From NCBI GenBank assembly GCA_050633305.1, contig JBOEGF010000009.1, forward strand, positions 62,314-126,313: a stretch of 64,000 nt of DNA, given 5' to 3'. Below the pieces are notes generated by a model that saw only the letters and a program-made list of their open reading frames with translations, did no database searches and was not told the origin of the DNA. Below are positions 46,467 through 55,195 of the stretch, piece after piece. The position numbers were made by a program, and so were the translations under genes. How positions within the stretch are numbered: the first letter of the stretch is position 1; each line of letters opens with the position of its first letter. Source of the stretch: Nannocystales bacterium (lineage in GTDB: Bacteria; Myxococcota_A; Polyangia; Nannocystales; Nannocystaceae).

Positions 46467-48268
46467 GCCTGACCTCCCGCGCTGCGGCGACGGCGAGCGA
46501 CGAGTCCCAACAGTCCGGTCAGCAGCAGCCAGCCGGCGTCGTGTCGAGAGGGGCCATCCGTGGTGCAGCTGCAGAAACCACCTTTGCCGCAGATCTCACC
46601 CTGTGCGTTGCACTGCTCCCACAGGTCCGTGGTCTCGCGCGGCGTCGCGATGAAGACCTCGGACGCCGAGACCGGGTTGCCGGCGTAGTCGAAGGCGACC
46701 AGCAGGACCTGATAATCGCGGTCGTTGGTGAGGCCGTCGATGCGCGCCGTGCTTGCGTTGGCCGCGATGAAGTCGGAACAGACGTAGTCCCAGTGCAGGG
46801 TTTCGATGCCCGAAGTGTCGAGGCCGTCGGTGTCCGTGCCGGAGTCGGTATCGGTGTCGGTTTCGGTGGAACTCGTTGTCGTGGAGCTCGCCGTTGCGGT
46901 GGTGGTCGTGGCTCCGGAGGTCATCCCGGGCTCGCCGGTCGTGCCGGCCTCACACACCATGCAGCCGGTGTCGCCCTTTGCCTCGTTGGCGCAGGCGGCA
47001 TCCCAGCGGTCGGCGCAGCAGTACTCGAAACCCTCGACCTGGCAAACCGCCAGCGTGCACTCACTGTCTGCGCAGCTGGGGGAGGTGTTCTCGGCGCAAC
47101 AGTTTCCCGCGCCTCCGCAGACCTCGCAGTAGTCGTTCGCCAGAGCCGCGCATGCTTCGCTCCACGTGTCCGCGCAGTCTCCCAGCTCAGCGGCGACGGC
47201 GGCGAGGCAGGTGTTGTCGCTGCAGCTGCCGACCCCGCAGCAGTCCCCGGTCCCGCCATGGGCAACGCCGGGCTCTGCTCCGAACTCCGAAGCGCCGCTC
47301 GTGCCGCCCCCGGTCTCCCCACCGCCGTCGGTGTCGCCATCGGTATCCCCGCCGTCGGTATCGCTGCTACCCGGAAGGATGGGGTCAGGATCAGGGTCGA
47401 CGTCGACCTGGTCGAAGGGCCCGTCAGGGCAAAGGTTCTCCGCCGTGTAGTAGACGGTGCCACGGTTCTCGGCGGTGACCGACGAGATGCTGAAGCCCTT
47501 GCTCGCCACAGGAGTGCCGTCGGCGTTGGCACAAAGCGCGCGGTAGCCCTGGATGTCGGTCGTCGTGGAGTTGTCCCACTTGATGACCACGGATCCGTCC
47601 CCGCCGGATGCACGAAAGTCCGTGGCGTTGATGGTCGGAGCGAGGAAGTCGAAGGTCAGCGCGGGAGTGTTTCCGTCGGCGTCCGAGATCTCGGTCTGCG
47701 TCCCTTGGATGACGAACTCACCCACTTGGCAATCGGTTTGATCACCGTCCTCAACGCAGACCCAAATGCCGCCGTCTCCGGTCTGTGCGTCGCAGCCGTA
47801 TCGGGCCTCCGCTGTGTTGATGTCCCGAGGGCTCCCGGGGGTCACGCCGGTCGCCAACCATAAGGGGTTGAACTCGAAGTCGATATTGCGGGTGTATGTG
47901 TTGGTAAAGTCGTTGATCGCGAGGGCGCACGGGAAGTTCTGCTGGTTGTTTCCTGCCTCCGCCGTACCGCAGTTGTTCCCGATGTAGGCGCGGACTGGGA
48001 CTGAGTCGAGCGCCGTACCGCTCTGGAGCCGGATGCGCGCCGACACGGCCTGACCACACTCGCAGCGGGCCTTGTTCACGTACCCCCGCAGGTCGTTCGC
48101 GGTCATCTGACGACCGCGAGTTCCGTCCGCCTTGGTCGTCCAGTATTGGATCGTGAAGTCGTCCGCCGTTGGGGGGGCGGCGGCTGCCGACTGAGGCTGC
48201 ACAAGCGTCATCAGCCCCCCCAAAAGGGTGGCTCCCAGACGACTGAATCGGACGAGGGCTGAGCTCAT
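46463..48268 (-). CDS. MYXO-CTERM-anchored surface protein with FnIII-like and Cys-rich repeats (MXAN_2561-like)
   Basis: Signal peptide; GGDGSVVIKW...IDGLTNDRDYQVLLVAFDYAGN; C-terminus GGFCSC..WLLLTGLLGLVARRRR; ATGA overlap with the barrel gene. Confidence 0.8.
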   Translation of the reverse strand: MSSALVRFSRLGATLLGGLMTLVQPQSAAAAPPTADDFTIQYWTTKADGTRGRQMTANDLRGYVNKARCECGQAVSARIRLQSGTALDSVPVRAYIGNNCGTAEAGNNQQNFPCALAINDFTNTYTRNIDFEFNPLWLATGVTPGSPRDINTAEARYGCDAQTGDGGIWVCVEDGDQTDCQVGEFVIQGTQTEISDADGNTPALTFDFLAPTINATDFRASGGDGSVVIKWDNSTTTDIQGYRALCANADGTPVASKGFSISSVTAENRGTVYYTAENLCPDGPFDQVDVDPDPDPILPGSSDTDGGDTDGDTDGGGETGGGTSGASEFGAEPGVAHGGTGDCCGVGSCSDNTCLAAVAAELGDCADTWSEACAALANDYCEVCGGAGNCCAENTSPSCADSECTLAVCQVEGFEYCCADRWDAACANEAKGDTGCMVCEAGTTGEPGMTSGATTTTATASSTTTSSTETDTDTDSGTDTDGLDTSGIETLHWDYVCSDFIAANASTARIDGLTNDRDYQVLLVAFDYAGNPVSASEVFIATPRETTDLWEQCNAQGEICGKGGFCSCTTDGPSRHDAGWLLLTGLLGLVARRRRSAGGQA

Positions 48269-48523
48269 GGCGAAGCGGGAAGGCAGGGTGCAACGATGAT
48301 GCCACCAAAGGATGCGAGCAGACGCACCGGTTGGCGGTTTCGAACGACGCGCATCGTGGACGAGATGGCTCCGGCCGGCAAGGGGCCGTGACGAAATGGC
48401 AATCGGGTCCGCCCGCCGACGTCAGTGGCCACGATCGGGTCGGCCAATCGCTTCGCAAAGGTGCCATACTCCCTGCATGGGATTCTCGCGCACACGGCGA
48501 GACTGCCCCGAAGAAGAAGACAC

Positions 48524-49093
48524 ATGGGTTTCACGCGACTGGACGACGAAATCGAGTTCACCCTCCTCAAGGCGCGCCGGCTGTTTTTTTCCGGCGGCGT
48601 GGGCGGGGACTCGGCCACCGATGCGATTCGCAAGCTCTGGTACCTGGAGCTGACGGGTAAGGGAGAGCCGATCACGCTCGTCATCAACAGCCCCGGGGGC
48701 TCGGTCGATGCCGGCTACGCGGTCTGGGATCAGGTCAAGTTGATCTCCTCGCCGGTCCGCACGCTGGTCACCGGGATGGCGGCTTCAATGGGCTCCATCC
48801 TCTCGCTCGTGGCCCCGAAGGGCAGCCGCTATGCGACCAAGAACGCCCGCTTCATGATCCACCAGCCCTCGATGGGCGGAATTACGGGCCCGGCCACGGA
48901 TATCGCGATCACCGCCGAGGAGATCGTCAAGACCCGGGACAAGATCACGGATGTCTATGCCGAGGCCACCGGGCAGCCCCGCGAGAAGATCGTCAAGGCG
49001 CTCGACCGCGACACCTGGATGTCGCCCGACGAGGCGCTCGACTTTGGCCTGATCGACAAGGTCGTCGAGTCGTTCGACGAAGTCGGGGCCTGA
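48524..49093 (+). CDS. clpP: ATP-dependent Clp protease proteolytic subunit
   Basis: [16 protein letters not shown] (Ser), FMIHQP (His), DRDTWM (Asp), FGLID. Confidence 0.95.
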   Translation: MGFTRLDDEIEFTLLKARRLFFSGGVGGDSATDAIRKLWYLELTGKGEPITLVINSPGGSVDAGYAVWDQVKLISSPVRTLVTGMAASMGSILSLVAPKGSRYATKNARFMIHQPSMGGITGPATDIAITAEEIVKTRDKITDVYAEATGQPREKIVKALDRDTWMSPDEALDFGLIDKVVESFDEVGA

Positions 49094-49210
49094 TCCTCAA
49101 CTGAACCTCGCGGGTCCGGCCTTTGGGTCTGGCTCCGTGTTCACGCCCGGTCGAGCGCTCGGATCACTCCGGGCATCTCGGCAGGGCGTCTGTCGTTGTG
49201 GGGCAGAGGG

Positions 49211-50128
49211 CTATGAGCTTTGGGCTCGCGCATGCACGCTGGCGATGGCTGCGGCGATGGCTTCAGGAACCTCCTCTTGAAGGAAGTGTCCGGCGTCGGT
49301 CACCGTCAGTTCCGCTCGCGGAAGCTCCCGTTCGTGTCGACGCAGCGCGCGGCCCAGGATCGGATCCCGCGAACCCCAGACCAGACCGGTGGGCCCCTCG
49401 AACTCCGAGAGCCACGCTCCACCCTCCCGCAGGGCCGTCATCGACGGGTGCTCGGGGCCGTCGGGCACCATCCGGGCCAAGGCCAGGGGCCCGACGCGGT
49501 CGGCAGGGCGACGCAGTGGCCAGCGGTAGGCCTTTGCGACGCGTCCGCGAATCGACCGGCGATCGCCTTGCACAGCCCACATCGCGTTCTGGGGAAAGCC
49601 GAGTCCCCGGAAGGCGAGGTCGGAGACCACCGGGAGCCGCGCGAACGCGTGGAAGCTGCTGCCTCGCGGTCGGCTGGGGACGAACACCGCGGTGTTGCCT
49701 AGGACGATGCCTCGCACGCGGTCGGGCAGGGCGCGGGCGAGCTGAACCGCAAGCGGTCCACCCCAGTCTTGTCCCACGACGATGAAGGGACCGGGAACCA
49801 GAGCATTGATCAGGGCGACCAAGGTCTCGGCGTGGTTGACGATCGTATGATCGACCGCACTGCGCAGTCGGGCGGAGAGCCCGAATCCCAGCAGATCGGG
49901 GGCCACACAGCGAAAGCCGGGCAGGGCGGCGATGACCTTGCGCCACAGGAACGACCAGGTCGGGTTTCCATGCACGAGAACCACGGCCGGGGCATCGGGG
50001 GGGCCTTCGTCGAGGACGTGCATCGCCCGGCCTGCGTAGGGGCCCTCCTCCAGCTCAAACGTGCACCGCTGCACCGGGAGCATTTCGTCGAGCCAGCGAG
50101 GCAGCGGGGGCGCAGGACGGACGGCCAC
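49211..50128 (-). CDS. Alpha/beta hydrolase, haloalkane dehalogenase/OleB-like
   Basis: HGNPTWSFLWR, PDLLGFGLS, GQDWGG, WGSRDP, AGHFLQEE. Confidence 0.88.
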   Translation of the reverse strand: MAVRPAPPLPRWLDEMLPVQRCTFELEEGPYAGRAMHVLDEGPPDAPAVVLVHGNPTWSFLWRKVIAALPGFRCVAPDLLGFGLSARLRSAVDHTIVNHAETLVALINALVPGPFIVVGQDWGGPLAVQLARALPDRVRGIVLGNTAVFVPSRPRGSSFHAFARLPVVSDLAFRGLGFPQNAMWAVQGDRRSIRGRVAKAYRWPLRRPADRVGPLALARMVPDGPEHPSMTALREGGAWLSEFEGPTGLVWGSRDPILGRALRRHERELPRAELTVTDAGHFLQEEVPEAIAAAIASVHARAQSS

Positions 50129-50168
50129 GCGCGGGTTCTACTTCACGCGCGTGGCAATCGCCAGACGC

Positions 50169-50936
50169 TCATTCGTCGGGGTCGGAGCAGACCAAATTGT
50201 TCTCCCCCATGCAGCTCAGGCAGATGCCGGCGCTGGGGCTCGGCGCGCAGTCGAGGACCGGCTGCGGTGTGCAGTCCATCCGCCAGATAAACTCGCCGCC
50301 CGCGTTGCCGCCCCCGTCGTAGGCGAAGTTGGACTCGGAATACACAAAGCCGACGGTTCCCGCGTATCCAACCCAGACGGAAGAGTCGATGCCTTGAATC
50401 TGGGCGACCATCCGGTAGGCCTGTTCGGAGCCGCTCGCTTCAAGAACGCAATCGTGGGCCGCGACGTAGGCTTCGGGGGGATCGTCCAGAGTCACGGTGC
50501 CGCAGTCCTCGGGTACGGTCTTCCCCGCAGCCGCCTCGTCGACGTACATCGCAAGATCGCACTTGCCGCCCGGCACGCAGTCGCAGACCCAGTTGCCTCC
50601 GTCGCAGTACTGCTCCAGGTTCGTACCTTCGGGGCACGGCCCGCAGTCGGCTTTCTCGCAGTTGCCACCGCTGCTCGAGCCGTCGCTTTCCCCGGGGCCA
50701 GTCGTGCTCGATGGACTGTCGCTCGTCGCGCTGGCCACGGTGCTCGCCGAGTCGCTGGTGTCCGGGGATGTCTCGGAGTCGGACGCCGAGCCCCCGGTGG
50801 TGGAACCCGGGGACGAGTCCCCCGACGCACTGTCGGATCCGGAACCCCCGGTATCGCTTTGACCGACCGGCTCGGAGTCGGGGTCGCATCCGGTGAGCGC
50901 GAGGACGGGAAGCAAGATCAAGGAAAGCTGTCTCAT
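50169..50936 (-). CDS. Ser/Thr-linker Cys-rich lipoprotein (payload of module C)
   Basis: Lipobox LTGC; linker; multiple Cys. Confidence 0.8.
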   Translation of the reverse strand: MRQLSLILLPVLALTGCDPDSEPVGQSDTGGSGSDSASGDSSPGSTTGGSASDSETSPDTSDSASTVASATSDSPSSTTGPGESDGSSSGGNCEKADCGPCPEGTNLEQYCDGGNWVCDCVPGGKCDLAMYVDEAAAGKTVPEDCGTVTLDDPPEAYVAAHDCVLEASGSEQAYRMVAQIQGIDSSVWVGYAGTVGFVYSESNFAYDGGGNAGGEFIWRMDCTPQPVLDCAPSPSAGICLSCMGENNLVCSDPDE

Positions 50937-50942
50937 CGGGAG

Positions 50943-50971
50943 GTTGGTGTCGGCCGCCGATTCAATGTATC
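50943..50971 (-). promoter_or_regulatory. Putative ECF promoter C1 (GATACAT-N12-CGACACCAAC)
   Basis: Ends 6 nt before ATG 50936; twin of 51993-52021. Confidence 0.7.
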
Positions 50972-51016
50972 GAAGAAAACGACGCGCCCACTAGGTTGAG
51001 CACGTCGGTGCCCACG

Positions 51017-51994
51017 ATGGGTTTTGTTCTGGCAGCGCTGGCGCTTTGGGGGGTTCCTGATGCGGAGATCCCGCAGTGGGATGTGCCCGAGGTGTGTCCG
51101 GAGCAGGGCGCTGTGGAGGCGTGGATCGACCGTCTGATGCTCGACGCTGCCGGGGATGTCCCCAAGTGGCAGGGACACATCGAAGGGGCGGAGGAGGCGG
51201 GGTTCGTGTTGACGCTGACGGTGTCGGGGCAAACGCGGACCGTCGAAGCGCCGGACTGCGGGAAGCTCGTGGTTGCGGCCGCCCTCGTTGTGGCAGTCGC
51301 AGCGGACCCCGTGGCGGTTGCCGACGTGATCGAGCCTCAGCTTCAGCGGCCGCTGCTCGCTCCGCTGCCCTTGGAACGGACATCGGTCGTGGAGCCGCCC
51401 GCACCGTCGTTGGGTCCCGCCGAGCCGCAAGAGCGCGTGCCGACGACGAGGGACCCGCCAGAGCGGGGGCCCGCCTCTGGTGTGTCCGTGGTGGTCTCTG
51501 GCGTGGTCGGGGCGGAGCTGGCGGTTCTTCCGCGAGCAGGGTTCGCGGCCAGCGTGGGCGGGGGGGTGCTCTGGTCCTGGCTTCGGCTGGAGCTCGTCAG
51601 CGTCGTGTCGACGCCGCGTGATGTCCGGTCATCCGAGCCCAGCTTCGGTGCCACAGCTGCGGTCGTGGGCGCTCAAGTGCGAGCCTGCGGGGTCGTGGAC
51701 ACGGAACGGGTCGAGGTCCCGCTGTGTTTGGCGGGGGAGGGCGGAGGCGTGTGGGCGCGCGGATTCGGACCCAGCATCGAGCCGGAGTCCAGGATGCAGC
51801 CGTGGGCGGCGCTCGTTCCCAGCCTCGCGATCACGCGCTGGGTCTCCAAACGGGTGGGCGTGGAGGCTCGAATCGCGGTTCCGGTTGGTCTGTACAAGCC
51901 CGCTGTCCATTTGAGCGGGGTGGAGCTCGACGTGTTTCGCGCCGGACCCGTGGGGGCCCGCGTGTGGGTGGGGCCGGTACTGCGTTTTCCTTGA
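51017..51994 (+). CDS. Exported Cys-pair-domain/Pro-linker/beta-barrel protein (module C)
   Basis: QWDVPEVCP..PDCGKLVVAAALVVAVAADP; VRAC..VPLC; ends VLRFP; start uncertain (50996/51008/51017). Confidence 0.75.
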   Translation: MGFVLAALALWGVPDAEIPQWDVPEVCPEQGAVEAWIDRLMLDAAGDVPKWQGHIEGAEEAGFVLTLTVSGQTRTVEAPDCGKLVVAAALVVAVAADPVAVADVIEPQLQRPLLAPLPLERTSVVEPPAPSLGPAEPQERVPTTRDPPERGPASGVSVVVSGVVGAELAVLPRAGFAASVGGGVLWSWLRLELVSVVSTPRDVRSSEPSFGATAAVVGAQVRACGVVDTERVEVPLCLAGEGGGVWARGFGPSIEPESRMQPWAALVPSLAITRWVSKRVGVEARIAVPVGLYKPAVHLSGVELDVFRAGPVGARVWVGPVLRFP

Positions 51995-52021
51995 TACTTC
52001 GAGCTCCCGGGCGACACCTAC
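51993..52021 (+). promoter_or_regulatory. Putative ECF promoter C2 (GATACTT-N12-CGACACCTAC), autoregulatory
   Basis: Overlaps the barrel TGA stop; ends 14 nt before sigma GTG 52036. Confidence 0.7.
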
Positions 52022-52035
52022 CCCTCGAGTCCACC

Positions 52036-53229
52036 GTGACCTCCAGCGCCGCTCCCTCTCAATCCGCGTTTCGCGGTCTCTACGACGAGCATCACGCCTT
52101 CGTCTGGGCGGTGCTGCGTAAGCTCGGTGTGCCGGAGCGGGACGCGGAGGACGTGATGCAAGAGGTGTTCTTGGTCGTCCATCGCAGGCTTGGCGCCTTC
52201 GAGGGTCGGTCGGCGTGGACGACCTGGCTGTATGGCATCACGACGCGGGTCTATTGGAACTACGCCCGGCGGTTGCGCAGTCGCCCGCAAGCGAGCTCGT
52301 CTGCATCCTCGCTTCGCTTGGTCGATCCCAGCGCCGACCCCGAGCGATTCGCCCAGCGGCGAGAAGCCAGCGCAATGCTCGAGGCGCTGCTCGGCTCGCT
52401 CGATGTGGACAAGCGTACTGCGTATGTCCTGCACATCGAAGGGCTCTCTGCGCCGCAGATCTCCGCCATCACGGGGGTCAAGACGAGGACCGTCTACTCT
52501 CGGCTACGTGCCGCGAAGGCCGAGGTCGAAGCAAGTGCGCGGCGGGTTCAAGCCCGAGCACGCAATGACGACGCGGTCCGTCGGTTGGCGCAGCGGTCCA
52601 CGGCTCACCCGCCCAAACGGCTCCGCGCGCGTGGTTGGGCTGCGCTTGCACTGCGCAGTCCGGAGCTCGCGGGCTCGCTCGGAGGGGCGGCTTCGACGAC
52701 GACGCTTCCATGGGTGGGCGTGCTGGGCGGTGTTGCGATGACGGTCTTTGTGGTGCTGAAGAGCGGCGCCGAGCCGTCCGCACCCACGCTCGGACCGGTC
52801 GTTGCCGAGGTGGCCTCCCCCGAGCGCCCCGTCTCGACGGCTCGGGCGACCTCCGCACCGGCCGTGCCCGCGCCGGCCTCGGCCGTGCCCGCTTCTGTCG
52901 CGGCTTCGAGGGTGCCAGCCTCTCCTGCACCCCGAGCGCGTGTCCGCTCGGCATCGCCGAAGCACACCGCGACCGCGCACTCCCCCGAACCGGTGCTCGG
53001 ACCCCTGCCGCGGGCTCGGATCGAGCTCAAGGCGGGCAGGGCCGCCGACGCGCTGGCGTTGTTGAAGGCGCATGCGCGTGTCGAACCGGACAGTCCACTG
53101 GCCACGGAGCGCACCGCCATGATGCTGCTCGCGTTGTGTTCCCTCGACCGTGTCGACGAAGCGAAGGCGCTTGTCGAAGCCGACTCGGCCGCGCTCCCGG
53201 CCTCGTGTGTCGCGACGCCCAGTCGCTGA
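52036..53229 (+). CDS. ECF sigma factor fused to an anti-sigma-like TM/Pro-rich/TPR-like extension (module C)
   Basis: FRGLYDEHHAFVWAVLRKLGV..EDVMQEVFLVVHRRL..WLYGI; TVYSRLR; then TM WVGVLGGVAMTVFVVL and ARIELKAG..HARVEPDSPLATER..LALC..C. Confidence 0.85.
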   Translation: MTSSAAPSQSAFRGLYDEHHAFVWAVLRKLGVPERDAEDVMQEVFLVVHRRLGAFEGRSAWTTWLYGITTRVYWNYARRLRSRPQASSSASSLRLVDPSADPERFAQRREASAMLEALLGSLDVDKRTAYVLHIEGLSAPQISAITGVKTRTVYSRLRAAKAEVEASARRVQARARNDDAVRRLAQRSTAHPPKRLRARGWAALALRSPELAGSLGGAASTTTLPWVGVLGGVAMTVFVVLKSGAEPSAPTLGPVVAEVASPERPVSTARATSAPAVPAPASAVPASVAASRVPASPAPRARVRSASPKHTATAHSPEPVLGPLPRARIELKAGRAADALALLKAHARVEPDSPLATERTAMMLLALCSLDRVDEAKALVEADSAALPASCVATPSR

Positions 53230-53420
53230 CATCGGTCGGTAACGCTGCTTCGTTGCGGGGACTCGCCGATTTCCAGGGCCGCCGTGTCGTCGCGGAAACC
53301 TGTCAGGACCCAGCTGTCCACACGGTCGCTTCCTCGTCTCTTGGAGTGGGCCGTGCGGTGGGAGTTCGGCCCCACCGTGGCTTGCTCGTGTTGCGTCCTG
53401 CCATCATAGTTGGCGTCCAG

Positions 53421-54590
53421 ATGTCGCCAGCACGCAGGCGCGCGCAAAGTCGCGCCGAGGCCTCGGTCGTTGGCCGTCGTGCTCGAAGGAGGGGGACGAC
53501 TCGCCGTAGACCGCTGCGGCGGCGCCCGAAGGCGCTCGCCCTGCTCGGCATGTTGGGCCTGGGACTCGCTGGCCGCGCGGGGGTGGCTGCGGTGCCATCC
53601 GACCTCGGCACCCCGTCCGCGGTCGAATGGTTGGCCGACCCCGCCGGATCCTGCGACCGAGGACCCGAGCTACGCACCCTCGTCGCGCGACTCGCGGGCC
53701 CGGACCTTGCTCTGCGCGCGGAGGTCGAGGTCTCGATACGTGAGTCCGTGTTCCATGCGGTGGTTCGGGTGCACAGCGGCGGCCAGACGCAGGAGCGCAG
53801 CCTGTCATCTCCGCACTGTGCGTCGTTGGTGCGGGGCGCGGCGATCATTCTTGCCGTCAGCGCGGACCCGGTGCAGACGGCGTCGGCCCTGCGCGTCCGC
53901 GAGCCGACCCTCGAGGAGCCGGATCCGCCTGTGATCGTTCCGCGTCCGCCGGATACGGCCGGCCCGACCGGCATGGTGAATCCCAACCCCGCCCGTGCAC
54001 GAGAGTCTTCCCCTGTGCCGAGCGAAGGGTCGCACCGGACCCACGCGCGACCGAACCTCCACGCGTTGGGGGAGGCGATCGGGACGGTCGATCTGCGCGG
54101 GCATTTCGGCGCGGGTGTCGTGCCCGGGTTCTCGGGGGGCGTCGGCGGTGGTCTGACCCTCGGTCGCGAGCACCTCGCGGGTCGATTGGGGGGCACGACC
54201 TGGGCCCCGAGGCGCGCGAGCCTGGACGGGGCCACCGACGTGGGGGTCGAGGTGTCCGGGTGGAGCCTCGATCCGCAGCTCTGCAGCGGGTTCGGCTCCC
54301 AGCGTTGGTCACTCCAAGGTTGCCTCGGAGGCGAGCTCGGACAGCTCTCCGGTCGCGGGGAAGGGCGCAGCCTGAGCGCCTCGCGGACACAAACCCGCTT
54401 GTGGGCGGCCGTCGCCGCGAGCCTTGCGGGGCGTTTCGCGGTCCATCCCCGCCTGCTGCTGGGCGTGTGGGGGGCGATGAACGTGCCCGTGATGCGAGCG
54501 AAATTCGTCCTGCGCGATGGTCGGGAGCTGTTTGCGACAACTGCGCTCGGCTGGCGAGCGGGGTTTGAGCTCGTGGCGAGGTTTTGGTGA
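53421..54590 (+). CDS. Exported Cys-pair-domain/Pro-linker/beta-barrel protein (module D)
   Basis: VEWLADPAGSC..PHCASLVRGAAIILAVSADP; QLC..QGC; ends ELVARFW; start uncertain (53421 or 53550). Confidence 0.7.
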   Translation: MSPARRRAQSRAEASVVGRRARRRGTTRRRPLRRRPKALALLGMLGLGLAGRAGVAAVPSDLGTPSAVEWLADPAGSCDRGPELRTLVARLAGPDLALRAEVEVSIRESVFHAVVRVHSGGQTQERSLSSPHCASLVRGAAIILAVSADPVQTASALRVREPTLEEPDPPVIVPRPPDTAGPTGMVNPNPARARESSPVPSEGSHRTHARPNLHALGEAIGTVDLRGHFGAGVVPGFSGGVGGGLTLGREHLAGRLGGTTWAPRRASLDGATDVGVEVSGWSLDPQLCSGFGSQRWSLQGCLGGELGQLSGRGEGRSLSASRTQTRLWAAVAASLAGRFAVHPRLLLGVWGAMNVPVMRAKFVLRDGRELFATTALGWRAGFELVARFW

Positions 54591-54614
54591 CGGAATCCGG
54601 CTCGGGCCCGCAAT
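54587..54614 (+). promoter_or_regulatory. Putative ECF promoter D1 (GTGACGGAA-N14-GCAAT), autoregulatory
   Basis: Contains the barrel TGA stop; ends 8 nt before GTG 54623; twin of 55988-56015. Confidence 0.7.
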
Positions 54615-54622
54615 GGGGGTCT

Positions 54623-55195
54623 GTGGCGGCCCACGCCAGCGAACCAGAGTTCTCCGAGGTGTACCGCTCTCACTACGACTTCGTCTGGCGTTGTGTGCGC
54701 CGACTTGGGGTTCCCGCCTCTTTGGTCGACGACGCGACCCAGGAAGTGTTCGTCATCGTTCACCGACGGCTGAGTAGCTACGACCCCCGCACACCGATGC
54801 GCGGGTGGCTGTTTGGGATCCTGCGGAAGGTCGCCGCGTCGCAGCGGCGGCGTGCCAAGCGGGTCGCTCCGGTGCCCTCGTCGGTGCGGTCCTCGGCGGA
54901 CTCCGATCCCGAGGCAGCGCTCGCGCGTCGAGAGGCTGCCGACTGGGTCGAGCGATTTCTCGCCACCTTGGATGAGGAACAGCGCGCCGTCTTCGTGTTG
55001 GCGGAGTGCGAGGGCGTTCCTGTCGTCGAGTTGGCCGACACGTTGGGGATCAAACTCAACACTGCGTACTCCCGGTTGCGCCTCGCCCGACGCCGATTCG
55101 AACGCGCCCTCGTCCGGGTGCAAGCTCGTGCACAGGCGCGCGCGCGCGTCCGACCTGTCGTGCAGGCCCCAGCGCGCTCGGAGAGCTCGCGATGA
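54623..55195 (+). CDS. ECF sigma factor (module D)
   Basis: FSEVYRSHYDFVWRCVRRLGV..DDATQEVFVIVHRRL..WLFGI; LDEEQRAVFVLAECEG..LNTAYSRLRLAR. Confidence 0.93.
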   Translation: MAAHASEPEFSEVYRSHYDFVWRCVRRLGVPASLVDDATQEVFVIVHRRLSSYDPRTPMRGWLFGILRKVAASQRRRAKRVAPVPSSVRSSADSDPEAALARREAADWVERFLATLDEEQRAVFVLAECEGVPVVELADTLGIKLNTAYSRLRLARRRFERALVRVQARAQARARVRPVVQAPARSESSR

